The position numbers and the translations under genes are program-made. Below are positions 26,705 through 35,550 of a stretch of DNA of 35,550 nt, one piece after another. Location: contig JBHIAT010000014.1 in the NCBI GenBank assembly GCA_046758705.1, positions 1 to 35,550 on the forward strand, read 5' to 3'. The notes below the pieces were generated by a model. It saw only the letters and a list, made by a program, of their open reading frames with translations. It was not told the origin of the DNA and searched no databases. The DNA is from Candidatus Bipolaricaulia bacterium (GTDB taxonomy: Bacteria > Bipolaricaulota > Bipolaricaulia > JBHIAT01). How positions within the stretch are numbered: the stretch's first letter is position 1; each line of letters begins with the position of its first letter.

Positions 26705-27142
26705 ATGAGCGACATCTATCTGAAGCTTACCGTCGCAAACATCAACGACCCAGAACGCCAGCAAGAGGTTTCGTTTCTGGTAGATACCGGAGCCACCCGG
26801 GCCTGGGTATCGAAAGAGATAGCTGAAGCGGTTGGGATAGAGCTGGCCAGAACTGTCCCCCTGGAATTGGCGGATGGTAGCATCACGGAACGTCCCTATG
26901 GATTCTGTCTCTTTGTCTACACCGGGGAGATTGTGGCGGGGAATGTCGTCATAGGTCCGCCCAAGTGTGAACCGCTTGTCGGCACCCATGTCCTGCAGGA
27001 CTTTCGAATGATTGTTGATCTAGAGCACTACGAAGTGACCCGCGGCCGGGCGATGCGGGCAAAGCGAGGGAGTTCGCATTGCCCAGACCGAGGGACTTCC
27101 CGAGGGGCTCGACCTGTCAAGATTCCGGCTCCCGCCAGGTGA
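26705..27142 (+). CDS. Clan AA retropepsin-like aspartic protease
   Basis: FLVDTGAT catalytic motif, LELADG, EPLVG..VLQ; RBS AAGGAG. Confidence 0.85.
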   Translation: MSDIYLKLTVANINDPERQQEVSFLVDTGATRAWVSKEIAEAVGIELARTVPLELADGSITERPYGFCLFVYTGEIVAGNVVIGPPKCEPLVGTHVLQDFRMIVDLEHYEVTRGRAMRAKRGSSHCPDRGTSRGARPVKIPAPAR

Positions 27143-27653
27143 TCGGGGTGGAGAGCCGGATCGGACCCATCAACAGACGGCCGTCGCGCAGGGTCAGCGC
27201 AATCCGCCACGAACCGTCGTCTTGACGGACCAGATAGAAGACGTACGGAACTGGCTGCCCCTCGATGGCGTTCATCCGGATCAGGAACTTCGAATAGTCG
27301 CCGCCGATGAAATCCAACCCCCCCACCTCATACTCGGCGAAGCTCAGCAGGATGAGCCGAATCGCTTCCTCTGACAGGTCGATCCCCTCGAGAAACTCGG
27401 ACTTCAGCTCCCTGATGAAGCTGTTGGTAAAGCTCTCCACGTAGATCTGATCAAGTTCGCCGTTCATCGCCATCGTTTCGGCGAGACGGGACGGATCCAC
27501 AGCGAGCACCGCCCTCCACCATGACATCACCGTCTTGGTTGGGGTTGAGGTGTCGACGGTGAACCGTTGCTGTCGCTGTGCAATCCCATGGACCGTCAGG
27601 GCGGTCAGCAGGACAGCGGCGACGGCTATGGTTGTTGCTGTGGTTCTGCCCAT
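27117..27653 (-). CDS. Exported hypothetical protein (possible NTF2-like fold)
   Basis: Signal peptide, STPTKTV..WW.A and LVRQDDGSWRI; the C-terminal tail overlaps the convergent protease gene. Confidence 0.6.
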   Translation of the reverse strand: MGRTTATTIAVAAVLLTALTVHGIAQRQQRFTVDTSTPTKTVMSWWRAVLAVDPSRLAETMAMNGELDQIYVESFTNSFIRELKSEFLEGIDLSEEAIRLILLSFAEYEVGGLDFIGGDYSKFLIRMNAIEGQPVPYVFYLVRQDDGSWRIALTLRDGRLLMGPIRLSTPITWREPES

Positions 27654-27697
27654 ACAGATCCCCTTTCGTGAGCGCGTTTATCGGTTTCGGTCTCAGC

Positions 27698-28900
27698 TTA
27701 TCCCAGCAACCGTTCCATGATCCGATGGCCTTCAGTCAGGTAGATCGGGCTCTCCGCGGCCGATCGTTCGTTGAACCCCCGGTCTCGTTCGTCCGCGTTT
27801 GCATCCCGAGATCGATAGATGAGATAAGGAACTGGATCGGCGGTGTGAACCTGGAGTTGAACCGGCGTATAGTGGTCGGTGAGGATGAGTGCGGCGAACG
27901 ATTTGAACGCCCCCAACCCGTCGAGGATCGGGGCAACGACGTTCGCGTCGAACGCCTCGATCGCCTGGAGCTTCTTCTCCAGATCTCCCTCGTGGCTTGT
28001 CTCGTCCGGGGCCTCAATGTGAACGTAGGCCAGGTCCCGTTCCTCAAGGTGTGCCAGCGCGGCTTCGACCTTGCCTGCGTAGTTGGTGTCCAGGTATCCG
28101 GTCGCTCCGGGGACTGAGATCGGCTCCAGGTCGGCGTAGATCGCCAGCCCTTTGATGAGGTCGACGGCCGAGATCACCACCCCCGTCAGACCATGAATCG
28201 ACCGAAACGGGGGCAGATCCGGCGGTGTGCCCGCGCCCCAGAACCAGATCGAGTTAGCCTCCTCCCCATCGAGAATCTCCCAAGAGCGCTCGATCAACTC
28301 CCTGAGCGGTTTGGCACCCCGACCCTGTGGCAAATAATCTTCTATGGGTTGGTCGGGGATATTATGCGGCGGGGTCAGCTCCAGGCCTCCCGGGTCGATC
28401 CGATCCGCCCCGCCCCGCCAGATCATCAGATGTCGATAGCTGACCCCGGGATAAAAAGAAAACAGCTCATCGCTGAGCATCGCGGCGATCCGTCCGATCA
28501 GCGTCCGTCCCCGGTCTGTGGGAAGGTGGTCAGCGCTATAGTCGGCCATCACCCGATCTTCGTCTCGAACGGCCAGCTGCACGAGGTTACAGCGCAACAT
28601 CAGGTCACCGGGCGCAGGGACGACCCCCATACTGGCCGCCTCCAGGGCTGCCCGACCCGTATAGTACTGTCTCGGGTCGTAGCCCATGATACTCATGTTC
28701 CCGACGTCACTGCCCGCAGGGAGCCCGTCGGGGATCGTCCGCACCCGACCTAGCTCCCCCCGCTGGGCCAGTTCGTCCATATGGGGAGTCCTGGCCGCCT
28801 CGAGTGGAGTTTTTCCGTCCAGCGCGTCGCTCGGATGATCTCCCATCCCATCGCCCTGCAGCACAACATATTTCTCGGTCGGGTTGATCGGGCTCACCAC
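27698..28900 (-). CDS. apgM: Cofactor-independent phosphoglycerate mutase (archaeal type)
   Basis: GDGMGD, TPLEAA.TP.MD, GSDVGN, TGRAALEA, H.EAPDE.SHEG, TDHYTP, HTADPVP. Confidence 0.93.
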   Translation of the reverse strand: MVSPINPTEKYVVLQGDGMGDHPSDALDGKTPLEAARTPHMDELAQRGELGRVRTIPDGLPAGSDVGNMSIMGYDPRQYYTGRAALEAASMGVVPAPGDLMLRCNLVQLAVRDEDRVMADYSADHLPTDRGRTLIGRIAAMLSDELFSFYPGVSYRHLMIWRGGADRIDPGGLELTPPHNIPDQPIEDYLPQGRGAKPLRELIERSWEILDGEEANSIWFWGAGTPPDLPPFRSIHGLTGVVISAVDLIKGLAIYADLEPISVPGATGYLDTNYAGKVEAALAHLEERDLAYVHIEAPDETSHEGDLEKKLQAIEAFDANVVAPILDGLGAFKSFAALILTDHYTPVQLQVHTADPVPYLIYRSRDANADERDRGFNERSAAESPIYLTEGHRIMERLLG

Positions 28901-28923
28901 GATCGTCTCCGGGACGTTTCCGT

Positions 28924-29934
28924 TTACGTTTCAGCTTCAGTTTCTGAGAACCGCTTCAGGTGTTCGTAGGCCCGCTCCGTCGCCACCCGTCCCTGGGGGG
29001 TCCGTTGGATGAACCCCTGCTTCAGCAGATAGGGCTCATAAACCTCGGAGATGGTATCCGGCTCCTCGCTGAGTGAGGCCGCCAGGGTCTCCAACCCTGC
29101 CGGCCCCCCGTCGAGCTTGACGATGATCGTCCTGAGGATCTGCCGGTCGAGTTCATCGAGCCCCTGATCGTCGATATCAAGCATCTTCAATGCCCGGCAG
29201 GCGATCTCGTGGTCGATCCTCCCGTCGGCACGTACCTGGGCGTAGTCTCGGACCCGTTTGAGAATCCGGTTGGCGACACGCGGTGTGCCCCGGGCGCGTT
29301 TGGCGATCTCTAACGCTCCATCCTCGGTGATCTCAATCTCCAGGATCCTGGCCGACCGGAGGATGATCTCCTTGAGTTCTTCGACCGAGTAGAAATCGAG
29401 TCGGAACGAAACCTCAAACCGATCGCGCAGCGGAGAGGTAAGCAGACCGGTCCGGGTGGTGGCGCCGATCAGCGTGAACGGTGATAAGCTGAGCCGAATC
29501 GACTGGGCGCTCGGCCCCTCGCCGAGCACGATATCGATTTTGTAATCCTCCATGGCCGGATAGAGCATCTCCTCGACGTTGCGACGCAATCGGTGGATCT
29601 CATCGATGAACAGCACATCTCCGGAGGCAAGGTTGGTGAGGGTTGCAGCGAGATCCCCGGTTTTCTCGATCGCTGGACCGGAGCTGATCTTAATCTCCAC
29701 CCCTTGCTCCGCGGCCACGATCGTCGCCAGGGTCGTCTTCCCCAACCCTGGGGGACCATGAAGCAGGATATGGTCGAGTACCTCATCCCGCTCCTGGGCA
29801 GCCTTCAGGTAGATGCGCAGCTTCTCCTTGATCCGCTCCTGACCGATGAACTCGCCCAGGATGCCCGGCCGCAGCGAGGTACCGAACCGGTGATCCTCAC
29901 CTCGCTCCTCTCCCTGAAACACCTCACGTGTCAT
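28924..29934 (-). CDS. ruvB: Holliday junction branch migration helicase RuvB
   Basis: LRP...[45 protein letters not shown]; start ATG 29934. Confidence 0.97.
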   Translation of the reverse strand: MTREVFQGEERGEDHRFGTSLRPGILGEFIGQERIKEKLRIYLKAAQERDEVLDHILLHGPPGLGKTTLATIVAAEQGVEIKISSGPAIEKTGDLAATLTNLASGDVLFIDEIHRLRRNVEEMLYPAMEDYKIDIVLGEGPSAQSIRLSLSPFTLIGATTRTGLLTSPLRDRFEVSFRLDFYSVEELKEIILRSARILEIEITEDGALEIAKRARGTPRVANRILKRVRDYAQVRADGRIDHEIACRALKMLDIDDQGLDELDRQILRTIIVKLDGGPAGLETLAASLSEEPDTISEVYEPYLLKQGFIQRTPQGRVATERAYEHLKRFSETEAET

Positions 29935-30049
29935 GGCCACCCGATTATAATCGGCGGCGGCGCGATCGTTCAACCACCCCGGCTCACTTGCTAACCTATC
30001 CATGATCTCATACAATACAGAACAGATGCAAACTAAGGTGGGGGAGTGC

Positions 30050-31087
30050 ATGGATGGAACAGGTGGGTTGTCCGTCGTGGAGCAGATCGCCGATCTGATC
30101 GAGGAAAATCAGCGATTTCTGATCTCAACGCATCTGAGCCCCGATGGGGATGCGATCGGCAGCCAGCTTGCGCTCAAAGGGTTGTTGGATCAGCTGGGGA
30201 AAGTCGTCGTGCTGATCAACGCTGATCGGACCCCGAAGCGATTCTCGTTCCTGAAAGGGATTGATGAGATCCTGCAGCCCGATGGCAAGCTCCATGAGGA
30301 GATTGACGAGATCGACGTCTGGTTCGTGGTGGACTGTGGGGATATCGACCGGGTCGGGGAGGATGTGTTGAAGTTGGTCGGCGAGGGAAAGCGGGTGGTC
30401 AATATAGATCACCATTCCGATAACACACGGTTCGGAGATTTAAACTGGGTCGTCAGATTGTCGTCGACGGCGGAGGCGATCCACGAGTTCAGCCGCTTCC
30501 TGGCTGTAAAGCTCACCCCTGAGATCGCGACCGCCCTGTATACCGGGATCGTCTTCGATACGGGATCGTTCCGGAACGCGAACACCCGGGCCCGAGTGTT
30601 CCGCCGCTGTGCCGAGTTGTTGGAATGCGGAGTCGATGCCCGTCAGATCGTGATCCATCTCTACGAGCAGGAGCGGTTTGAGAAGTTCACCCTGCTGGGC
30701 GAGGTGCTGAAGGGCATCCGGAGATCGGAGACCGGGATCGTTTGGGGGTCTGTGACCCAGGATTTGCTCACCCGGACCCAAACCACGATGGAGGACACGA
30801 TCGGGATCATTGAGACCCTGCGAACGATTGTGAGAACCGAGGTCGCGATCCTGTTCAAGGAGCTGGATCGGGGAGAGGTGAAGGTCAGTTTCCGATCGAA
30901 GGGAGGGCTGGATGTCGACGTGATTGCCCATCGGTTCGGGGGTGGGGGGCACGCGAAGGCCGCCGGCTGCAAGATCGAAGGGGAGCTCCACGAGGTCGAG
31001 TCTCGCGTGCTGGAAGAGGTGGAGCGGCGGCTGCGAGGTGAGATTCCGCCTGAAGCAGGGACCGACGCGCCAAGGTCCCGGGGATGA
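30050..31087 (+). CDS. nrnA: DHH/DHHA1 bifunctional oligoribonuclease / pAp phosphatase
   Basis: [36 protein letters not shown]. Confidence 0.92.
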   Translation: MDGTGGLSVVEQIADLIEENQRFLISTHLSPDGDAIGSQLALKGLLDQLGKVVVLINADRTPKRFSFLKGIDEILQPDGKLHEEIDEIDVWFVVDCGDIDRVGEDVLKLVGEGKRVVNIDHHSDNTRFGDLNWVVRLSSTAEAIHEFSRFLAVKLTPEIATALYTGIVFDTGSFRNANTRARVFRRCAELLECGVDARQIVIHLYEQERFEKFTLLGEVLKGIRRSETGIVWGSVTQDLLTRTQTTMEDTIGIIETLRTIVRTEVAILFKELDRGEVKVSFRSKGGLDVDVIAHRFGGGGHAKAAGCKIEGELHEVESRVLEEVERRLRGEIPPEAGTDAPRSRG

Positions 31088-31115
31088 CAGATCGGGATGC
31101 AACCAGGAGACGGCG

Positions 31116-32060
31116 ATGATCGAAGTGCCACAGGATTTGTGTGATACGGTCGTTACCCTCGGGACGTTCGACGGTGTCCACCGAGGCCATCGCAAGCTCC
31201 TGGAGCGAACCGCCCAGATCACCAGAGAACGACAGACAAAGAGCGTGGCGTTCACGTTTCCCTACTCCCCCAAATATGACTTGGAGGGACGCGAACCGGA
31301 GTTGATCTTGCCGGTCTGGGCCAAAGTGAAGGCCATCCAGGGATGTGGCATCGATTATATCCTGTTGACGGAGTTCCAAACGGTCCGCCTGATGTCTCCA
31401 AGGATGTTCGTCGAGGACGTGCTAATCGGGAAACTGAACGCAGCTTGTGTGGTCGTGGGCTTCAACCACCGCTTCGGTCGGGATCGGGCTGGGGACATGG
31501 AGCGCCTGAAGGCACTCGGTCGTGAGCACGACTTCGATGTGGTCGTCGTCCCGCCGGTGATCGTTGGCGGGCAGGCAGTGAGCAGCACCACGGTCCGCCA
31601 GGCGATCCGGGCCGGCGCGCTCGATGTAGCGGCCGAATTGCTTGGTTACTACCCTCTGCTGTTCGGGACGGTCGTCCCCGGGGATCAGCTGGGCAGAACG
31701 CTCGGGTTTCCGACCGCCAACTTAAAGATCGAGCACGGCGTGTTCACCCCGGCGACCGGGATCTACGCCGTTAAGGCATCGTTTGATGGGGAAGAGTGGC
31801 CCGCGGTTATGTACATCGGCCGTCGCCCAACGTTCGGCCACCATCGACAAAGCTTCGAAGTCCATCTGTTCGATCCCGAGCTTTCGGAAGATCTCTACGG
31901 GGTGGAGTTGAAGGTCAAACTCATCCGTCGTATCCGCGACGACCAGAAGTTCCCGGATTCCCGATCCCTCAAAAAACAGGTGGCCGAGGATGTGGAGGCG
32001 GTCAAATCCCTCTTCCGTCAAGATCTGACGGAACTTCCAGATCCAATCGTTCCAGGATAG
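31116..32060 (+). CDS. ribF: Bifunctional riboflavin kinase / FAD synthetase
   Basis: LGTFDGVHRGH, VGFNHRFG, VSST.VR, GRTLGFPTAN, G.RPTF, EVHLFD. Confidence 0.95.
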   Translation: MIEVPQDLCDTVVTLGTFDGVHRGHRKLLERTAQITRERQTKSVAFTFPYSPKYDLEGREPELILPVWAKVKAIQGCGIDYILLTEFQTVRLMSPRMFVEDVLIGKLNAACVVVGFNHRFGRDRAGDMERLKALGREHDFDVVVVPPVIVGGQAVSSTTVRQAIRAGALDVAAELLGYYPLLFGTVVPGDQLGRTLGFPTANLKIEHGVFTPATGIYAVKASFDGEEWPAVMYIGRRPTFGHHRQSFEVHLFDPELSEDLYGVELKVKLIRRIRDDQKFPDSRSLKKQVAEDVEAVKSLFRQDLTELPDPIVPG

Positions 32061-33339
32061 TCGGGGTGAGATCGGCGACCCAAAGATCATCCCGCAGCTC
32101 CCGGTCCTCGTTGATGTAAAGCAGCGCGCCGTCGTGACGGTGCATGCCGGTCCGCCCGCCCTTGTAGGTGAACTCGCGCTTGCCGATTCCCTCCTTCAGA
32201 TCGTAGCCCGGCCGCGGCAGTGCGACCAGATCCGGGCCGTACCCAGCATAGGGTCCTCGGTAGAGCTCGCTCCCGTCATGGACCGCCTCGATGATCGGCT
32301 CGCCGTCGAGCTCGATCTCCTTTAGGGCAGCGCTCAGCTCCTCTTTGAGCTTCGGCAGATCCTCGGGCTCGACACAACCGTTCGGCTCGCGCCCTCGGAT
32401 GTTGAAGTAGATCCGGCCCGGCGTCATGCTGAACGCTTTCGTGTTGGGGCTCAGATCCTCCAGCTTCTTCGGGTCGTCGGCCCGATAGGCGAGCCAACCA
32501 TTTCGCTTCAGCCAATGGTTCAGATGAATCTCCTGATGCAGCGCCTGGAATCCGTGGTCGGACATGACGATGAACGTCGTGTTATCATCGAGATCGAGGC
32601 GATCGGCGATCCGGCCGATCGCCTCGTCGACCGCCCGATAGTAGTCGACGAATGCCGGGGCATAGACCTCGTGCCCGGTCTCCATCTCTTCGAACAGGAA
32701 GTGGTTGATGCGGTCAGTCCCCATGATCACCGCCATGAAGAAGTCCCAGTTCTCCTGCTGCATGAGATACAGGATCGTCTCCAGCCGCTTCTCCAGGGTG
32801 AGATACAGATCTTTGAGCAGCCCGTCCTTATCGGTCTGTGCCTTGTGCGAGTCGACATCAACCTGGTAGCCGATCTCCTCCAGCTTGCTGAGAAGCGATC
32901 TCGGGTGGACTCCCCGACTCAGGTCGTAGGTGAGGAACCCGCCGATCATCACCCCGTTGATCTCGTTGACCGGGAAGGTGAGCGGAACGTTGATCACCAC
33001 ACTCCGCTTGCCCGCCTGCCCGAGGAGGTCCCACAAAGCAGGGGCTTTGCGGTAGTCGGCGAGCGGGATGAACGTCTCGTAGGAGTGACCCTTGCGATCC
33101 TGAAACCCGTAGATCGCGTGCTTGCCCGGGTTGACCCCGGTCACCACCGTCGACCAGGCGACCGACGAGACGTCCGGGATAGACGAGCGCATCTCGCCCC
33201 ATCGGCCGTCCCCAAGCAGTCGCTCGAAATGGGGCCAGTTCCCGGCCTCGATCTGGCGGTTCGCAAACTCATATGGGACTCCGTCGATCCCCAGCAGAAA
33301 CAATCGTTTCTTCTTATGGGCCCTTCTGAAAATCGCCAT
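32002..33339 (-). CDS. Alkaline phosphatase superfamily (type I phosphodiesterase/nucleotide pyrophosphatase-like) protein
   Basis: LGIDG, S..AWST..TG.NPGKH.IYGF, TDR..H, MSDHGF, GPDL, G.H...G, DLTPTIL. Confidence 0.88.
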   Translation of the reverse strand: MAIFRRAHKKKRLFLLGIDGVPYEFANRQIEAGNWPHFERLLGDGRWGEMRSSIPDVSSVAWSTVVTGVNPGKHAIYGFQDRKGHSYETFIPLADYRKAPALWDLLGQAGKRSVVINVPLTFPVNEINGVMIGGFLTYDLSRGVHPRSLLSKLEEIGYQVDVDSHKAQTDKDGLLKDLYLTLEKRLETILYLMQQENWDFFMAVIMGTDRINHFLFEEMETGHEVYAPAFVDYYRAVDEAIGRIADRLDLDDNTTFIVMSDHGFQALHQEIHLNHWLKRNGWLAYRADDPKKLEDLSPNTKAFSMTPGRIYFNIRGREPNGCVEPEDLPKLKEELSAALKEIELDGEPIIEAVHDGSELYRGPYAGYGPDLVALPRPGYDLKEGIGKREFTYKGGRTGMHRHDGALLYINEDRELRDDLWVADLTPTILERLDLEVPSDLDGRGI

Positions 33340-33423
33340 GATAGATCACGATCACTGTTCCCAAGATATATGGATACGAAATTATAGCGACCGCCGGCCC
33401 CCCCAGTCAAAGTCCCAATCACC

Positions 33424-33453
33424 TTGACAAGATCGTTACTCATCTGTTATAAG
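33424..33453 (+). promoter_or_regulatory. Promoter upstream of trxA
   Basis: TTGACA(33424-29)-N18-TATAAG with extended TG. Confidence 0.5.
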
Positions 33454-33538
33454 AAATGTAAGTGCCGTTACGGATAATCCCGTGGAAATCTGGTTCAATA
33501 ACAGATGAAATTGAATCAGGCAAGGAGGTTTTTTCCCC

Positions 33539-33877
33539 ATGAAACCAGAGGCTGTCAACGATAGCAGCTTTGAGTCCGAGGTGGTGCAATCCCAGATTCC
33601 CGTGCTGGTCGACTTCTGGGCCGAATGGTGCGGTCCGTGCCATGCCATCGCTCCGATCGTCGAGGAGGTCGCCTCCGACTATGCCGATCGGCTCAAGGTG
33701 GTCAAGCTCAACGTCGATGAGAATCAACGGACGGCAATCCAGTACGCGATCATGAGCATTCCCACCCTGCTCCTGTTCAAGGACGGGAAGATCGCTGAGA
33801 AGCTCATCGGCTACATGCCGAAGGGAAATCTGCTCAAGCGACTGGAGCCCCACTTAGGCGACGGGACCAGCGGATAG
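33539..33877 (+). CDS. trxA: Thioredoxin
   Basis: VLVDFWAEWCGPC, IMSIPTLLLFKDG. Confidence 0.97.
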   Translation: MKPEAVNDSSFESEVVQSQIPVLVDFWAEWCGPCHAIAPIVEEVASDYADRLKVVKLNVDENQRTAIQYAIMSIPTLLLFKDGKIAEKLIGYMPKGNLLKRLEPHLGDGTSG

Positions 33878-33907
33878 ACGACAAGGCGAGGACGAACGGC
33901 AGGAGGC

Positions 33908-34678
33908 TCACAACTCGTAGTGCTCCATGATCTTCTTTTCCTCGCCGACCACCCTCGCCCGGATCTCGAAATACTGCTTTACTCCTGAGTTCTGAAGCTT
34001 CTTCTTCAGCAGGTTGTCAAGCTGGAAGATCCCGGCCGAGTTGGACATCTCGATCTCGATGCGGATCGGCTTCGTCGCACCCCGCTTCACCCGGACCTTC
34101 TCGATCGCAAACGCGGAGATCGAGTGGATGGTTACATCTCCCTTCTCGAACGGGATCCTCGCCCGACCCTTCTCCATGTCCAAGGCATCGGCGACCTTCA
34201 GCACACCGGCCTCCAGGGTGAGCGGCTGTGCTTCCATCTTGTGCGCATAGATCGCATGAAGAACCTCCGACTTGACGATCGACTTCACCCGTTCATCGTA
34301 GATCCCGTCCAGCAGTTTCTCCAGCAGCTCGGGAGCCAGGGAGACGGAGAACGCCTCATGGTCCGGGCGTTGCACGATGTGACCGATGTCGTGTAGACAG
34401 GCAGCCAACACGATCACCACCTCCGCATCGTCCTGATCCAGGCCGTAATCGGCCGTGATACTAGGTGGGACACCAGTCTCGACGATGAGTCGCAGGAGCT
34501 TCAGCGCCAAGTTGGCAACGATCTTGATGTGGATCGGACCGTGGTCGTTGATCCCCATCCGATCTATGGCGTTGACGTTCGAGCAGTCCCAGTAGGTGTT
34601 TAGTTGCTCGTTCTCGGCGATCCGGTCCACCATCGCTTTGAGCCTCAGGTTTCCTTTGATAGGCAGGTTCAGGGTCAT
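33908..34678 (-). CDS. HD-domain phosphohydrolase (COG3294-like)
   Basis: R.GINDHGP.H, LHDIGH, ADALDM..GRARIP, IHS.SA. Confidence 0.85.
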   Translation of the reverse strand: MTLNLPIKGNLRLKAMVDRIAENEQLNTYWDCSNVNAIDRMGINDHGPIHIKIVANLALKLLRLIVETGVPPSITADYGLDQDDAEVVIVLAACLHDIGHIVQRPDHEAFSVSLAPELLEKLLDGIYDERVKSIVKSEVLHAIYAHKMEAQPLTLEAGVLKVADALDMEKGRARIPFEKGDVTIHSISAFAIEKVRVKRGATKPIRIEIEMSNSAGIFQLDNLLKKKLQNSGVKQYFEIRARVVGEEKKIMEHYEL

Positions 34679-34950
34679 CTTGATTGAATCGACCTTCCGA
34701 GCTTCTCCACGATCTCCTCGACCTTAGGCGGCAGTCCGTCCGGGCCAACCTTGTAGATCGGCTCTCCGTCGACGAAGACGTTATAAATACCGTAGCTGCC
34801 GGGTTTCAACGTTACGGCTGTCACGTGACTGCTGGGTTTCGACATCATGCCTATCATCCGTTCCGCGTAACGCTCCAGGATCGCCTCGGCCGTCTCTAAC
34901 GCCCGTCCCAAAAACATGCATTCCACACAGTATTCGATCGTCACTTTCAT
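34675..34950 (-). CDS. Rdx (SelW/SelT/SelH-like) family protein with CxxC
   Basis: MKVTIEYCVEC, L.PGS.G.Y.V.VDG; ATGA overlap with the HD gene. Confidence 0.85.
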   Translation of the reverse strand: MKVTIEYCVECMFLGRALETAEAILERYAERMIGMMSKPSSHVTAVTLKPGSYGIYNVFVDGEPIYKVGPDGLPPKVEEIVEKLGRSIQSR

Positions 34951-35019
34951 GGGAACCGAAGGGAATTATAGAGGAGCCGGCAACGAAAGACAAATACAAA
35001 TTTGCACCTCAACGCCCTG

Positions 35020-35550
35020 CTACTGGGACCCCACCGGGGATGGCACCGCAAGCGTATTATTTTTCTCCGCCATGATCGTCGGTCCCTCTTCCACCCGACC
35101 GAACGGACGAGCACTTGTGGGTAGATCGACAACAGCTAAGAAGTACCCCGACCAAACCCCACATGTTCCAACGTTCTCCCATTCAACCACTTGTGTCTCA
35201 CCGATCCCGAGTGGACCCACACCAATAGCAACGGGGAACACCGGGTTAAATACGATTGCAAAGCCCACCGATTCTGGCCCGGTAACGGTTTTGAAAAGCT
35301 TAACCAGGAAAAATCCGGCTTCCTTATCCCCAACATTCTTGGCGAAGACACGCACGTTAAGGGTCTGCAACTCACCGGTGCCTGTACAGAAAAATTCGAT
35401 ATCTTCAACGATCAGATCCGGCATGGGAACGATCGGCACCACTTCCACCGGTGGTATTTGCATTTGAGCGAATGACCCATTGGAAACCAGCCAGGTCAGC
35501 ACACCGACTAAAAGCCCAATGCGAACCGTCAATCGCATGTTTCGAGTCAC
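35020..35550 (-). CDS. Secreted CARDB-like domain protein (start uncertain, at the window edge)
   Basis: Signal peptide ending SFA, PDLIVEDI, KNVG...AG.F, AVVD, E.NN. Confidence 0.65.
   Translation of the reverse strand: MTRNMRLTVRIGLLVGVLTWLVSNGSFAQMQIPPVEVVPIVPMPDLIVEDIEFFCTGTGELQTLNVRVFAKNVGDKEAGFFLVKLFKTVTGPESVGFAIVFNPVFPVAIGVGPLGIGETQVVEWENVGTCGVWSGYFLAVVDLPTSARPFGRVEEGPTIMAEKNNTLAVPSPVGSQ

Noticed and set aside
10946-29934. Split operons (mreBCD-mrdA without rodA, gatC without gatAB, lone murE, lone ruvB)
   Set aside because: Operon fragmentation is common, and the partners may be elsewhere in the genome.
30050-31087. NrnA as part of the c-di-GMP module (pGpG breakdown)
   Set aside because: It is about 26 kb away and in its usual context next to ribF; no evidence of specific linkage.
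6060-33387. Numerous long antisense or alternate-frame ORFs (e.g. 6060-6866, 11048-12007, 12249-13370, 14688-15830, 21987-22820, 32515-33387)
   Set aside because: Shadow ORFs of well-supported genes in GC-rich DNA, with no recognisable motifs.
34675-34950. Selenoprotein
   Set aside because: The Rdx motif is CxxC (CVEC) with no in-frame TGA.
1-35550. CRISPR array, tRNA or rRNA genes
   Set aside because: No regularly spaced repeats, cloverleaf-like or rRNA-like sequence noticed by eye.

Overview
GC-rich (~60% by eye), strikingly GATC/CGATCG-rich bacterial chromosome; the lineage cannot be assigned from the sequence alone. The most interesting part is 1-4450 (minus strand): a tandemly duplicated module of [TATAAT promoter -> c-di-GMP-I (GEMM) riboswitch with a covarying anti-Shine-Dalgarno helix -> small, strongly cationic, signal-peptide-bearing 2-Cys protein -> conserved 15-bp hairpin -> cupin-HD-GYP-GAF phosphodiesterase]. 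Divergent from it, an IS200/IS605 IscB element (omega/HEARO RNA present, HNH domain deleted in frame) sits between a promoter and two lipoprotein genes (FlgT-N-like and CsgG/HfaB-like). Housekeeping genes follow: fmt, def, mreBCD-mrdA, recG, gatC, murE, coaE, tlyA, apgM, ruvB, nrnA, ribF, trxA, plus alkaline-phosphatase-family, HD, Rdx and CARDB proteins. A broken TnpB element lies between murE and coaE. A decayed accessory island (~21.5-27.1 kb) holds an IS110/IS1111 element with a readable core, circle-junction promoter and candidate bridge-RNA guides, a tyrosine integrase pseudogene, an RHH antitoxin with a destroyed PIN toxin, an internally deleted IS5/ISNCY-like element and small cargo genes. 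Every mobile-element enzyme in the window is damaged.
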